DNA from: Bacteroidales bacterium | GTDB lineage: Bacteria > Bacteroidota > Bacteroidia > Bacteroidales > UBA12077 | Length of the DNA: 64,000 nt | NCBI GenBank assembly: GCA_027859205.1 | Contig: JAQIBH010000183.1 | Span: 12,627 to 76,626, forward strand | Reading direction: 5' to 3' | Shown: positions 37,463 through 47,343 of the stretch, piece after piece | Layout of the letters: each line of letters begins with the position of its first letter | Position numbering within the stretch: the stretch's first letter is position 1 | Notes under the pieces: model-generated | The model's database searches: none | The model's input: only the letters and a program-made list of their open reading frames with translations | What the model was told of the DNA's origin: nothing | Made by a program: the position numbers and the translations under genes

Positions 37463-40400
37463 ATGATTAATCAAATCATTAACTTCAGCATTAAGAATAA
37501 ACTTATTGTTATTCTTTTTACTTTAACAATTGCCGGTTTCGGATTGTATTCGGTTTTACAAATTCCTGTTGGTGCAGTCCCTGACATTACAAATAATCAG
37601 GTTCAAGTAATTACAACCTCTGGAAATTTGTCAACACAAGATGTTGAACAGTTTATTACTTATCCTGTTGAGCTTGAAATGGCTAATTTACCCGGAGTAC
37701 TTGAGATTCGTTCTATTTCAAAATTCGGATTGTCGGTTGTAACGATTGTATTTAACGATAAAATTGGCACTTATTTACCCCGACAACTTATAGCTGAAAA
37801 AATTAAAACTGCTGCTGCTAATATTCCGGAAGGATTTGGAACACCCGAGATGGGTCCGATAACAACAGGGTTAGGCGAAATATACCAATATATTCTTGAT
37901 ACAAAACCTGGTTATGAAGATCGCTATTCACCAATGGAGTTACGTACAATTCAAGATTGGATTGTAAAGCGTCAGTTATCCGGAATTTCAGGTGTTGTTG
38001 AAGTAAACACTTGGGGTGGTTTTTTAAAACAATACGAAATTGCAATTAATCCTGAGCGTCTGAAAAGTGTGAACATCACTCTTCTTGAAGTTTATGATGC
38101 ACTTAGAAAAAATAACAGCGTTGCAGGTGGAGCATACATTGAAAAACAAGATAAGAGCTATTTTATTCGAGGCGATGGAATGGTAAAATCTATTGAAGAT
38201 ATTGGCTCTATTGTAGTTAAAAATAATAATGGCGTTCCTATTTTAATAAGTGATATTGCTGTTGTTCGTTTTGGACACGCTAATCGTTATGGAGCAATAA
38301 CAGCCAATGGAGAAGGAGAAAAAGTCCTTGGTCAAATTATGATGCTTAAAGATGCTAATTCTAAACAAGTAATAAATGACGTAAAAGTTCGCGTTGAGGA
38401 AGTTCAAAAAAGTTTACCCGAAGGAATTTTTATTAATCCAATTCTCGAAAGAAGCGAATTAATAGGAAAAACATCATTCACAATTGCTGAAAATTTGATT
38501 TTAGGGTGCTTAATAGTTATTTTTATAGTTGTGTTGTTACTAGGGAATATTCGTTCAGCACTTGTTATTGCTTCCATGATTCCTCTTGCACTTCTCTTTA
38601 CAATTTCATTAATGTACATTTTTGGCATTGATGCTAACCTAATGAGTTTAGGAGCGCTCGACTTTGGTATTATCATCGATGGGGCAGTAATAATCGTTGA
38701 GTTTATTGCCATACGAATTACAGCCGGAAAAACCGACTACGACAATTCAAAAGGACAACAGCGCCAAACGCTTATTGACAAGATTACTTATCAGGGCGCT
38801 TCAAAAATGATCAACTCAGCAATATTTGGCCAAATAATTATTCTTGTGGTGTTGATTCCAATATTAACCTTAAGTGGTGTCGAAGGTAAAATGTTTCGTC
38901 CTATGGCGCTATCATTTAGTTTTGCAATTATAGGTGCAATAATCCTTGGGCTAACTTGGCTTCCTGTTGCTGCATCTTTATTTTTAAAACCCGAAAAAGA
39001 GAATAAAAAAAGTATTTCTAAATGGATTATGAAAATTGTGTACCGCTCTTATAGTCCGGTTATAAAATGGTCATATGATCATAAATCAGTTATTATAGGA
39101 ATGGCAATTGCTTCACTCATTTTAACAGGTGTTCTTTTTACACGCATGGGAGGAGAGTTTGTGCCTACTCTTGATGAAGGTGATTTTGTGATTCAACCTG
39201 TTTTAAAAACAGGAACTTCGCTTACAAAAACTGTTGAGCTCACAACTCAAATGGAAAAAATCTTAATAGAAAATTTTGTCGAAGTTGATCAAATTGTATG
39301 TCGAATTGGTGCTGCAGAAGTACCTACCGATCCAATGTCCATGGAAGAGATAGATATGATTATAAAGTTAAAACCTAAAAAAGAATGGCTTGTTGCAAAA
39401 AGCAAAGAAGAACTTGCCGATAAGTTTAAAGAAGCCCTTATGGTTATTCCCGGAATCGATTATGAATTCACTCAACCAATTGAGATGCGATTTAATGAAT
39501 TAATTACTGGCGTTAGAGCTGATATTGCAATTAAGATTTTTGGAGAAAACTTAGAATACCTCGACCAAAAAGCAATTGAGATTAAAAAATTAATTGAAGA
39601 CGTTCCCGGTGCTGCAGATATTATTTTAGAAAAGACCGCAGGATTACCACAAATAAGTGTAAAATATAAACGTGATAAAATTGCTTATTATGGATTAAAT
39701 ATTGAAGAACTTAATCAACAACTTGCAATGGCTTTTGGTGGACAAATGACAGGAAATGTATTTGAAGGAGAAAAACGCTTTGATATGGTTGTTCGGCTTC
39801 AGGGTGCTTTCCGTTCTGATATTAAAAACATGAGGCAGCTAAGTATTGGATTACCAAATGGCTATCAAGTTCCCTTGAATGAGTTAGCAAATATAAATTA
39901 TACTTTTGGACCAGCTAAAATTTCCAGAGAAAATACTAGCCGTAGAGTTGTCGTGAGTGTAAATGTTCGTAACCGCGATCTCGAATCGGTTATTAATGAC
40001 ATCAAAGAAAAAGTCGATGAAAATATAAAACTAGAAGCTGGTAATTACATTACTTATGGAGGTCAATTTGAAAATCTTAAAAATGCTACTCGAAGATTAC
40101 AACTTGCTGTTCCAATAGCTCTTTTGCTGATTTTTATTTTCTTGCATTTTACCTTTAAGTCCTTTAAGGACGCTGCACTTATTTTTACGGCCGTTCCATT
40201 ATCTGCGGTTGGAGGTGTTTTCTTTTTATGGTTAAGAGGAATGCCTTTTAGCGTATCAGCTGGGATTGGTTTTATTGCATTATTCGGGGTTGCTGTTTTA
40301 AACGGAATTGTACTTATTGAGTACTTAAAAGAACTAAAGGAATCGGGAATGAAAGATATGCGAGAACTTGTTCTTAAAGCCACCAAGGAAAGGCTTCGTC

Positions 40401-41815
40401 CTGTAATGCTAACTGCTGCTGCTGCTGCTCTTGGCTTTTTACCTATGGCTATTTCGACATCTTCTGGAGCCGAAGTACAGCGTCCATTAGCAACAGTTGT
40501 TATTGGTGGTCTTATTACTTCAACTCTATTAACTATGATTATGTTACCACTTCTTTATGCTATTTTTAACTCAGGAAAATCAATCAGCTTAAGAAAAGTT
40601 CCCAAAACGGTAAAATCAATCATTTTGCTAATTGCATTGAGCGGATCCATCGCAGCTTTTGCTCAAAACCCTACAACTGAATTACAAAATATCACAATAG
40701 AACAAGCTGTCGATTTTGCGAAAAAGAAGAATCCTATTCTTCAAAACTCGGCACTCTCCATAGAGTCGTCTAAAAAACAAAAGCAAGGTGTATTGAATTT
40801 TGATCCAACAGAATTTTCTTATCAAAAAGGTCAGATAAATTCAGATTTAATTGATTACTCATTTGAGATTAATCAAAATTTCGGTTCACTTTTAACTCAT
40901 TATCAAACAGGGAAACTGGTAAATCAAAATATTGCATTAAGCGAAAAACAATATAAGATAACAGAAAAAGAAATTGTCGCGCAAACAAAAATCACCTGGT
41001 ATAAATGGATTTTTCTTATTAATGAGTTTAAAATAAAACAGAAACAGGTAAATCATTTTAAAGAATTTGTTAGGATAGCTCAATTAAAATATGAACTTGG
41101 GGAGTCAAATCTCTTAGAACAAACTCTGGCTGAAACAGAATATGCTTCTTCCAAAAATGAATTGTTAAAAATTACTGAACAGCTTATAATTACAGAAAAT
41201 AATTTGAAGCAAATTATGAATACTGATGGTGACTTTGTTCCTGTATCAGACTCTTTATTAATGTATCAACTGCCCGTAGGAGCTGATCCAGATGACCGAT
41301 TTAGCAATTCAATTTTATCAAATTATTATGAAAATATATATACCCTCGAAAACGTAAAGTACAATATTGAACGCTCAAAGTTTTTCCCAGAAATATCTGC
41401 CGGGTATTTCAATCAACAAATTGACCAAACCAATGGTTTCTCCGGATGGAGTATCGGTTTGAAAATGCCTTTATGGTTTCTACCACAAAATGCAAATGTA
41501 CAAGCAGCAAAAATCGAGAAAGAAAAAGCATACAATAATTTTGAGTATCAAAAATTCAATCTTGCAAAAGAAATCGAGAATCTTGTTACAAGTTTAAACC
41601 AAATCCAAAACGATTTGAAATATTATCACGAAAGCGCTTTAAAAAAAGCAGCTTTTTTAACGCTAATGGCACAAATTCAATTTGAAAAAGAAGAAATTGA
41701 ATATTTGGAATTTCTACAAAGCATAAAAGCGGCACAAGAAATTAATCTTGGATATTTAGAAACTTTATATAAATATAACGAAACAGCTATAAAACTTGAA
41801 TTTTATACAAAATAA
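37463..41815 (+). CDS. czcA: CusA/CzcA-family heavy-metal RND efflux pump fused in-frame to a TolC/CzcC-type outer-membrane factor
   Basis: aa 1 to ~1040 are a full 12-TM CzcA-like RND protein (IINFSIKNKLIVILF..., ...RPVMLTAAAAALGFLPMA...LLTMIMLPLLYAIF). aa 1044-1067 form a signal-peptide-like segment (RKVPKTVKSIILLIALSGSIAAFA|Q). aa 1068-1450 resemble outer-membrane efflux proteins (ITIEQAVDFAKKKNPILQNS..., ending ...YNETAIKLEFYTK). There is no stop or ATG at the junction. Confidence 0.85.
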   Translation: MINQIINFSIKNKLIVILFTLTIAGFGLYSVLQIPVGAVPDITNNQVQVITTSGNLSTQDVEQFITYPVELEMANLPGVLEIRSISKFGLSVVTIVFNDKIGTYLPRQLIAEKIKTAAANIPEGFGTPEMGPITTGLGEIYQYILDTKPGYEDRYSPMELRTIQDWIVKRQLSGISGVVEVNTWGGFLKQYEIAINPERLKSVNITLLEVYDALRKNNSVAGGAYIEKQDKSYFIRGDGMVKSIEDIGSIVVKNNNGVPILISDIAVVRFGHANRYGAITANGEGEKVLGQIMMLKDANSKQVINDVKVRVEEVQKSLPEGIFINPILERSELIGKTSFTIAENLILGCLIVIFIVVLLLGNIRSALVIASMIPLALLFTISLMYIFGIDANLMSLGALDFGIIIDGAVIIVEFIAIRITAGKTDYDNSKGQQRQTLIDKITYQGASKMINSAIFGQIIILVVLIPILTLSGVEGKMFRPMALSFSFAIIGAIILGLTWLPVAASLFLKPEKENKKSISKWIMKIVYRSYSPVIKWSYDHKSVIIGMAIASLILTGVLFTRMGGEFVPTLDEGDFVIQPVLKTGTSLTKTVELTTQMEKILIENFVEVDQIVCRIGAAEVPTDPMSMEEIDMIIKLKPKKEWLVAKSKEELADKFKEALMVIPGIDYEFTQPIEMRFNELITGVRADIAIKIFGENLEYLDQKAIEIKKLIEDVPGAADIILEKTAGLPQISVKYKRDKIAYYGLNIEELNQQLAMAFGGQMTGNVFEGEKRFDMVVRLQGAFRSDIKNMRQLSIGLPNGYQVPLNELANINYTFGPAKISRENTSRRVVVSVNVRNRDLESVINDIKEKVDENIKLEAGNYITYGGQFENLKNATRRLQLAVPIALLLIFIFLHFTFKSFKDAALIFTAVPLSAVGGVFFLWLRGMPFSVSAGIGFIALFGVAVLNGIVLIEYLKELKESGMKDMRELVLKATKERLRPVMLTAAAAALGFLPMAISTSSGAEVQRPLATVVIGGLITSTLLTMIMLPLLYAIFNSGKSISLRKVPKTVKSIILLIALSGSIAAFAQNPTTELQNITIEQAVDFAKKKNPILQNSALSIESSKKQKQGVLNFDPTEFSYQKGQINSDLIDYSFEINQNFGSLLTHYQTGKLVNQNIALSEKQYKITEKEIVAQTKITWYKWIFLINEFKIKQKQVNHFKEFVRIAQLKYELGESNLLEQTLAETEYASSKNELLKITEQLIITENNLKQIMNTDGDFVPVSDSLLMYQLPVGADPDDRFSNSILSNYYENIYTLENVKYNIERSKFFPEISAGYFNQQIDQTNGFSGWSIGLKMPLWFLPQNANVQAAKIEKEKAYNNFEYQKFNLAKEIENLVTSLNQIQNDLKYYHESALKKAAFLTLMAQIQFEKEEIEYLEFLQSIKAAQEINLGYLETLYKYNETAIKLEFYTK

Positions 41816-41825
41816 GATACTAATT

Positions 41826-42956
41826 ATGAAACAATTATTTTACATAATACCATTAACTTTTATCATGTCTTGTTCATCAAACAGTGTGAATAATGACACC
41901 GAGAATGTAAATGATACAATCGTTTCTAAGGAAACGATTTCATTCTCCGAAGAACAAATTGAATTAGCCGGGATAGAATTAGGCAAGGTAAAAAAGCAGA
42001 AAATTTCAGAATCTATTGAATGTTCAGGAACGATTTATGCTTCTTCCAAAAACACAGCTTCGGTTTCTCCTATAATGGAAGGTTTTATAAAAAAACTAAA
42101 CTACTATCCTGGTGATTTTGTTGAAAAAGGAGCAACTTTAGCCTCCCTTCAGCATCCTAATTTTATAATATTGCAACAGCAATACATAGAAGCAAAAAGC
42201 CAGTCTGAGTATTATCAGGAAGAATATAAAAGACAAGGAGAATTGACAATAGAGAATGCTGCCTCAATTAAAAAAATGCAAAAAGCTAAAGCTGATTTTT
42301 TAAGCTACGAATCAACTTATAAATCATTAAAAGCTCAATTAGAATTATTAGGTGTTAATACGGCAAATATTGAAAAAGGAGATTTTATTAAAAATTTTAA
42401 ACTTCTTGCACCAATAAAAGGAACCATTTCACAATTAAATGCAAACATTGGGAAACTGGTCAGCCCGGAAAATCATTTGTATGAAATTATTAATGACATT
42501 ACACTAAATCTGTCTTTTAATGTGTTTGAAAAAGATATTGCTAAAATTAAGCCTGGGCAAAAAATAGTATTTTGGTCATTAAACGATAATAAAAAACATG
42601 AAGCCAAAGTAAAACGAGTCGGAATAAATATTGATTATGATAATCACACAGCTCTAATTCACAGCGCAATAGAAAACGAAACCCGAGAATTAAAACCGGG
42701 AATGTTTATAAATGCCTCTGTTTTTATTAATGAAAGAGATTCATACACCGTGCCAACAGATGCAATAGTCGATTTCAATGGTGAAACATTCATTTTTATT
42801 AAAACCAATAATGAGTTTAATATTGTAAAAATCACAAAAGGTATAGAACAAAATAATTTTTTTGAAATTGTAAATGCAGATGATAATATAATTAATAGTG
42901 AAATCGTTGTTAAAGGGGCTTATTTTTTATTGGCCAAATTAGAAACCCTTGAATAA
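41826..42956 (+). CDS. czcB: RND efflux periplasmic adaptor (CzcB/HlyD family) lipoprotein
   Basis: Start re-called at the ATG at 41826 (MKQLFYIIPLTFIMSCSS lipobox); the track start at 41796 is a TTG inside the upstream gene. Contains membrane-fusion-protein patterns (GFIKKLNYYPGDFVEKGATLASL; APIKGTISQLNANIGKLV). Confidence 0.85.
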   Translation: MKQLFYIIPLTFIMSCSSNSVNNDTENVNDTIVSKETISFSEEQIELAGIELGKVKKQKISESIECSGTIYASSKNTASVSPIMEGFIKKLNYYPGDFVEKGATLASLQHPNFIILQQQYIEAKSQSEYYQEEYKRQGELTIENAASIKKMQKAKADFLSYESTYKSLKAQLELLGVNTANIEKGDFIKNFKLLAPIKGTISQLNANIGKLVSPENHLYEIINDITLNLSFNVFEKDIAKIKPGQKIVFWSLNDNKKHEAKVKRVGINIDYDNHTALIHSAIENETRELKPGMFINASVFINERDSYTVPTDAIVDFNGETFIFIKTNNEFNIVKITKGIEQNNFFEIVNADDNIINSEIVVKGAYFLLAKLETLE

Positions 42957-43020
42957 GATAATTTAATTTGATATTATTCGTTTATTATCAGCATGTATTG
43001 ATGTTTTTGAAAATATAACA

Positions 43021-43028
43021 TACATTTG
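43021..43028 (+). promoter_or_regulatory. Candidate -7 promoter box (TACATTTG) for the coiled-coil protein gene
   Basis: Matches TAnnTTTG 30 nt upstream of the ATG at 43058. Confidence 0.35.
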
Positions 43029-43057
43029 TATATTAATTTAAGAAAACCTTAAGCAAA

Positions 43058-43996
43058 ATGGAAGAGAAAAACACAAATCAAGATTTAGAGAACCAACAAC
43101 AATCAAATAAGCAAGCACCAATTCCTCCGCAAAAAAATAAAAGTGGATTAATGTTTATCCTTTTTCTGGTTATTGCATTATTGGCCATAGTTACATGGCT
43201 TTACATTGATCAACGTCAAACTACAGACGAAATTGAAACAGCCTTAACTATTGAAAAAGATTCATTGCAATCGCATTTAATGCAATTACGTGATGATTAT
43301 GATGAGCTTATGACAGACAATGATTCTATGAATACTCAATTGGTTCTTGAGAAAGAAAAAATTGATGATTTGTTGGCTGAAATAAAAACAGTAAAAGCTA
43401 CAAATTATGCTAAAATTAAACTGTTGCAGAATGAATTAGGTACTTTAAGAACTGTGGCAAAAAGCTATGTTCAACAAATTGATTCATTAAACACAATGAA
43501 TCAGGCTTTGGTAGCAGAAAACGTTTTAGTAAAAAACGAAATAAAAGCAGCTAAATCAACTAATGTAGAACTTGAAGAACAAAACAAAGATCTTTCCGGT
43601 AAAGTAGAATTAGCAAGCACTTTACAAACCGAAAACATTGAAGCTAATCCTCTTAATAAAAGAGGAAAAGCTACAACTAAAATAAAAAGAATAAAAAAAA
43701 TAAAAATTGGTTTTAGAATTAAAGAAAATGTTTTAGCTGCAGCTGGCGAACGCGATGTTTTTATTCGTATTGCGGGACCGGATGATTATATCTTAGCAAA
43801 ATCAGAAGATGATTTGTTCGAATATCAGGGTCAAAAAGTAGTTTACTCTGCAAAACGACCTATTGATTATATAAATAAAAATATTGATGTTGTAGTTTAT
43901 TGGGATAATAATGGAGCCCTTTTAACTGGAACTTACGAAGTATATATTTTTGCCGATGGAAATGAAATTGGAAATACTCAATTCCTAATTGAGTAA
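43058..43996 (+). CDS. Hypothetical membrane-anchored coiled-coil protein
   Basis: Polar N-terminus, one TM helix (LMFILFLVIALLAIVTWLYI), a ~150-aa heptad-rich region (LQSHLMQLRDDYDELM...ELEEQNKDLSGKVE) and a ~110-aa beta-rich C-terminal domain. I recognise no family. Confidence 0.5.
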   Translation: MEEKNTNQDLENQQQSNKQAPIPPQKNKSGLMFILFLVIALLAIVTWLYIDQRQTTDEIETALTIEKDSLQSHLMQLRDDYDELMTDNDSMNTQLVLEKEKIDDLLAEIKTVKATNYAKIKLLQNELGTLRTVAKSYVQQIDSLNTMNQALVAENVLVKNEIKAAKSTNVELEEQNKDLSGKVELASTLQTENIEANPLNKRGKATTKIKRIKKIKIGFRIKENVLAAAGERDVFIRIAGPDDYILAKSEDDLFEYQGQKVVYSAKRPIDYINKNIDVVVYWDNNGALLTGTYEVYIFADGNEIGNTQFLIE

Positions 43997-44022
43997 ACCT
44001 GATTACCTCATTATAATATTAT

Positions 44023-44066
44023 AAAAAAGAAACTCTGCCCAATGTTATAGGCAGAGTTTCTTTTTT
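44023..44066. terminator. Bidirectional rho-independent terminator shared by two convergent genes
   Basis: Perfect 11-bp stem GAAACTCTGCC / GGCAGAGTTTC with a 10-nt loop, flanked by A6 upstream and T6 downstream. It sits between the stop at 43996 (+) and the stop at 44065 (-). Confidence 0.8.
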
Positions 44067-44787
44067 AGTTTTTATTTGGTTGATTATGTAAACCACATTC
44101 TTTTTTTTCTGGCTGTTCCCACCACCAGCGACCGGCACGTACATCTTCTCCTGGTTTAATTGCGCGCGTACATGGCTGACATCCAATACTTGGAAAACCT
44201 TTATTGTGTAATTCGTTATAAGGAACATTATTCTTTTTAATATAATCCCAAACCTGTTCTTCTGTCCAGTCTATCAAAGGATTTATTTTAAATAGTCCAT
44301 GTTGTTCATCCCACTCAACCAATTTATTTTCAAAACGCGTTATAGATTGATCTTTACGTAATCCACAAACCCAAGCCTCTAATCCCTTAAATGCTCTATG
44401 CAGAGGCTCTTTTTTTCTTAGGTAGCAACATCTTTCTCTATTTTCGACACTTTTATAAAAATGATTAATCCCTTTTTCCTGAACCATTTTCTCTACTTTT
44501 TTATGATCTGGGAAAAAAACTTTTATTTTAATGTCGTAATGATTGCTTGTTTTCTCAATCAAATTATATGTTTCAGGGAACAACCTCCCTGTATCAAGAG
44601 TGAAAATATTTACCTTTTTGTTAATTTTACAGATCATATCAGTAAGTACTTGATCCTCGGCACCCATACTAGAAGCAAATCCAAGCTTTTGATCACAAGT
44701 ATCTATAAAATATTTTAGAACTTCTTCGGGAGATTTCCCTTCAAGTGTAATTGTTAATTCTTTTGCCTTTTGATTATTATCCATCAT
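44065..44787 (-). CDS. cysH: Phosphoadenylyl-sulfate (PAPS) reductase, thioredoxin-dependent
   Basis: PP-loop-like SMGAEDQVL, the conserved DTGRLFPETY, and the C-terminal catalytic ECGLH motif. Confidence 0.9.
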   Translation of the reverse strand: MMDNNQKAKELTITLEGKSPEEVLKYFIDTCDQKLGFASSMGAEDQVLTDMICKINKKVNIFTLDTGRLFPETYNLIEKTSNHYDIKIKVFFPDHKKVEKMVQEKGINHFYKSVENRERCCYLRKKEPLHRAFKGLEAWVCGLRKDQSITRFENKLVEWDEQHGLFKINPLIDWTEEQVWDYIKKNNVPYNELHNKGFPSIGCQPCTRAIKPGEDVRAGRWWWEQPEKKECGLHNQPNKN

Positions 44788-44815
44788 TCACAAATTTTAT
44801 CAAAATTTAAGGTCA

Positions 44816-44823
44816 CAAAACTA
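44816..44823 (-). promoter_or_regulatory. Candidate -7 promoter box (TAGTTTTG) for cysH
   Basis: Matches TAnnTTTG on the minus strand, 29 nt upstream of the ATG at 44787. Confidence 0.3.
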
Positions 44824-44994
44824 TGAAAATAATTTACCTTATTTTAATTATTAATCCTTGATTTTATTAGTAACCTACAGTTATAACAGTTTACTGGCAT
44901 ATATTGTTTTCAGTGAATACGTCATAACAAACTATTTGATTATATCTATATATTTTATATGTTTACTCTTTAGTTTTATTTAAAAACTTTTGCC

Positions 44995-46659
44995 ATGATA
45001 CCAGAAAATTTTATAAAGTATATTGAGACCAGTTTAAAAGAAAATTGGGATTTACCAGCCTTATCAGATTATCAAGGAGAAGACTATAAGTATAGTGATG
45101 TTGCCAGAAAAATTGCAAAAATTCACATAATGTGTGAAGAATGCGATGTTAAGAAAGGTGATAAAATTGCTTTAATTGGGAAAAACTCAGCGAACTGGGC
45201 AATCACATATCTCGCAATTATATCCTACGGAGCAACCGTAGTACCAATTCTTCCGGATTTTCATTCAGATGATGTTCATCATATAGTAAATCACTCTGAC
45301 TCTGTTGTTTTATTTTCTGGAGATTCTATTTGGGAAAATCTCGATGAAAAAAGCATGCCTAATCTAAGAGCTGTCTTTTCGTTAACAGATTTTAAATTAA
45401 TAATTGAAGGTAAGAGTGAAAATGTCAAAAACATTTATGCTAAGCTTGAATCCTTTTATGAAGACTTGTATCCAGGTGGTATTACTTCTGAAAAGCTTTC
45501 TTTTGACGAAGTTTCAAATGAAGAAGTTGGAGTTTTAAATTATACTTCAGGAACGACAGGATTCTCAAAAGGTGTTGTATTACCGCTAAACAGCTTGGCT
45601 GCCAATATTCGTTATGCTCGAAATAACTTACCTCTCAATCCAGGTGATAATGTAGTATCATTTCTTCCTTTGGCTCACACTTTTGGATGTGCTTTTGAAT
45701 TCTTATGGCCTTTCACAATTGGTTGTCACATCCACTTTTTAACACGTACACCATCACCAAAAATAATAATTCAAGCCTTTCAGGAAGTAAAACCAACAAT
45801 CGTAATTAGCGTTCCTTTAATTCTTGAAAAAATATATAAAAAGCAAATACTTCCCTTGCTTGATAAAACATCAATTAAACTTCTTTTAAGTGTTCCTTTT
45901 GTTGATAAAGCAATTTATTCCAAAGTAAAAAAGAAACTTACTGATGTATTTGGCGGAAACTTCAAAGAAGTTATTATTGGGGGAGCTGCATTAAATAAAG
46001 ATGTTGAATTATTCCTTAAAAAAATTGACTTCAACTTTACTATCGGTTACGGCATGACAGAATGTGGACCTTTAATTAGTTATTCTAATTGGGATAAAGC
46101 AAAATTAGGTTCGGCTGGCAAACTGGTTGACACACTTGAAGTTAAAATCGATTCAAGCGATCCATTTAATGAAATAGGCGAAATAATGGTTCGTGGTGAA
46201 AATGTAATGTATGGTTATTACAAAAATGTTGAAGCTACAGAACAAGCCATCGATAAAGATGGGTGGTTGCATACTGGAGATTTAGGCATTATTGATAAGG
46301 AAGATTATATATTTATAAAAGGTCGAAATAAAAGTGTAATTATTGGTCCATCCGGCGAAAATATATATCCCGAAGAGATTGAAGCGAAATTAAACAACTT
46401 GCCATATGTTCAAGAGTCGGTAATTGTTGAAAAAGATAATAAACTAATTGCTCTGGTTTATCCTGACTTAGAACAAGTTAATAACGACAACGTTGAAGAA
46501 GCCCGACTAGTTGAAATTATGGAGGAAAATAGAAAGGCAGCAAATTTAAGTATTGCAAAATACATGCAGATCTCTAAAATTAAGATTTTTCCTGAAGAGT
46601 TTGAGAAAACACCTAAGAGAAGCATTAAACGATTTCTTTATGCTTCAACTGAATTATAA
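44995..46659 (+). CDS. AMP-binding enzyme, probable long-chain fatty acid--CoA ligase
   Basis: Adenylation core motifs LNYTSGTTGFSKGV (A3), GYGMTECG (A5) and TGDLG (A7); 554 aa. Confidence 0.85.
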   Translation: MIPENFIKYIETSLKENWDLPALSDYQGEDYKYSDVARKIAKIHIMCEECDVKKGDKIALIGKNSANWAITYLAIISYGATVVPILPDFHSDDVHHIVNHSDSVVLFSGDSIWENLDEKSMPNLRAVFSLTDFKLIIEGKSENVKNIYAKLESFYEDLYPGGITSEKLSFDEVSNEEVGVLNYTSGTTGFSKGVVLPLNSLAANIRYARNNLPLNPGDNVVSFLPLAHTFGCAFEFLWPFTIGCHIHFLTRTPSPKIIIQAFQEVKPTIVISVPLILEKIYKKQILPLLDKTSIKLLLSVPFVDKAIYSKVKKKLTDVFGGNFKEVIIGGAALNKDVELFLKKIDFNFTIGYGMTECGPLISYSNWDKAKLGSAGKLVDTLEVKIDSSDPFNEIGEIMVRGENVMYGYYKNVEATEQAIDKDGWLHTGDLGIIDKEDYIFIKGRNKSVIIGPSGENIYPEEIEAKLNNLPYVQESVIVEKDNKLIALVYPDLEQVNNDNVEEARLVEIMEENRKAANLSIAKYMQISKIKIFPEEFEKTPKRSIKRFLYASTEL

Positions 46660-46668
46660 TTTCTAAAA

Positions 46669-47343
46669 ATGAGGCATTATGTTGTAATTGTTGCAGGTGG
46701 TTCAGGGCAAAGAATGAAAAGTTCTGTTCCAAAGCAGTTCTTGCTACTTAATAATGAATTAATCCTTATGAAAAGCATTAATTCATTTTATACATTTGAT
46801 AAATCTATTAAAATTGTTGTAGCACTTCCTGAAGGTCAATTTTCAACATGGAAAGATCTATGTCTGAAACACAATTTCAACATTAAGCATACTATCGTTG
46901 CAGGCGGGCAAACAAGATATCATTCAGTAAAAAATGCACTGGCTAAAGTTAATACCGAAGGCGTTGTAGCTATACACGATGGAGTAAGGCCTTTGGTTAG
47001 TCAAAACACTATAAAACAAGTTTTTAAAAAAGCATCAATAAGTGGTAATGCAGTTCCTTATATAGACCATGTTGATTCAATAAGATATGTAGACTCTGAT
47101 GTAAACCATCCTGTTGATCGAAACAAATATAAACTTATCCAAACCCCACAAGCTTTTGATTGTAATATTATTAAAAAAGCTTATAAACAAGCTTGGAATG
47201 AATCTTTTACAGATGACGCAAGCCTTGTTGAAAAACTTGGTATAAAAATAAACCTTGTGTCTGGCAATCGCGAAAACATCAAGATTACTTCCAAATTAGA
47301 TCTTAAAATTGCCGAAAGTCTCTCCAATTATTTATTCGAATGA
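46669..47343 (+). CDS. ispD: 2-C-methyl-D-erythritol 4-phosphate cytidylyltransferase
   Basis: VIVAGGSGQRMKSSVPKQFL N-terminal motif, VAIHDGVRPLV, and a length of 224 aa. Confidence 0.92.
   Translation: MRHYVVIVAGGSGQRMKSSVPKQFLLLNNELILMKSINSFYTFDKSIKIVVALPEGQFSTWKDLCLKHNFNIKHTIVAGGQTRYHSVKNALAKVNTEGVVAIHDGVRPLVSQNTIKQVFKKASISGNAVPYIDHVDSIRYVDSDVNHPVDRNKYKLIQTPQAFDCNIIKKAYKQAWNESFTDDASLVEKLGIKINLVSGNRENIKITSKLDLKIAESLSNYLFE

Noticed and set aside
44895-44910. Sigma-54-like TGGCAT...TTG sequence upstream of the acyl-CoA ligase gene; a second one, TGGCAATGACATTTA, lies at 54207-54222.
   Set aside because: The -12 element (TTGC) is missing or mis-spaced by 2 nt in both, so these are most likely chance matches to TGGCA.
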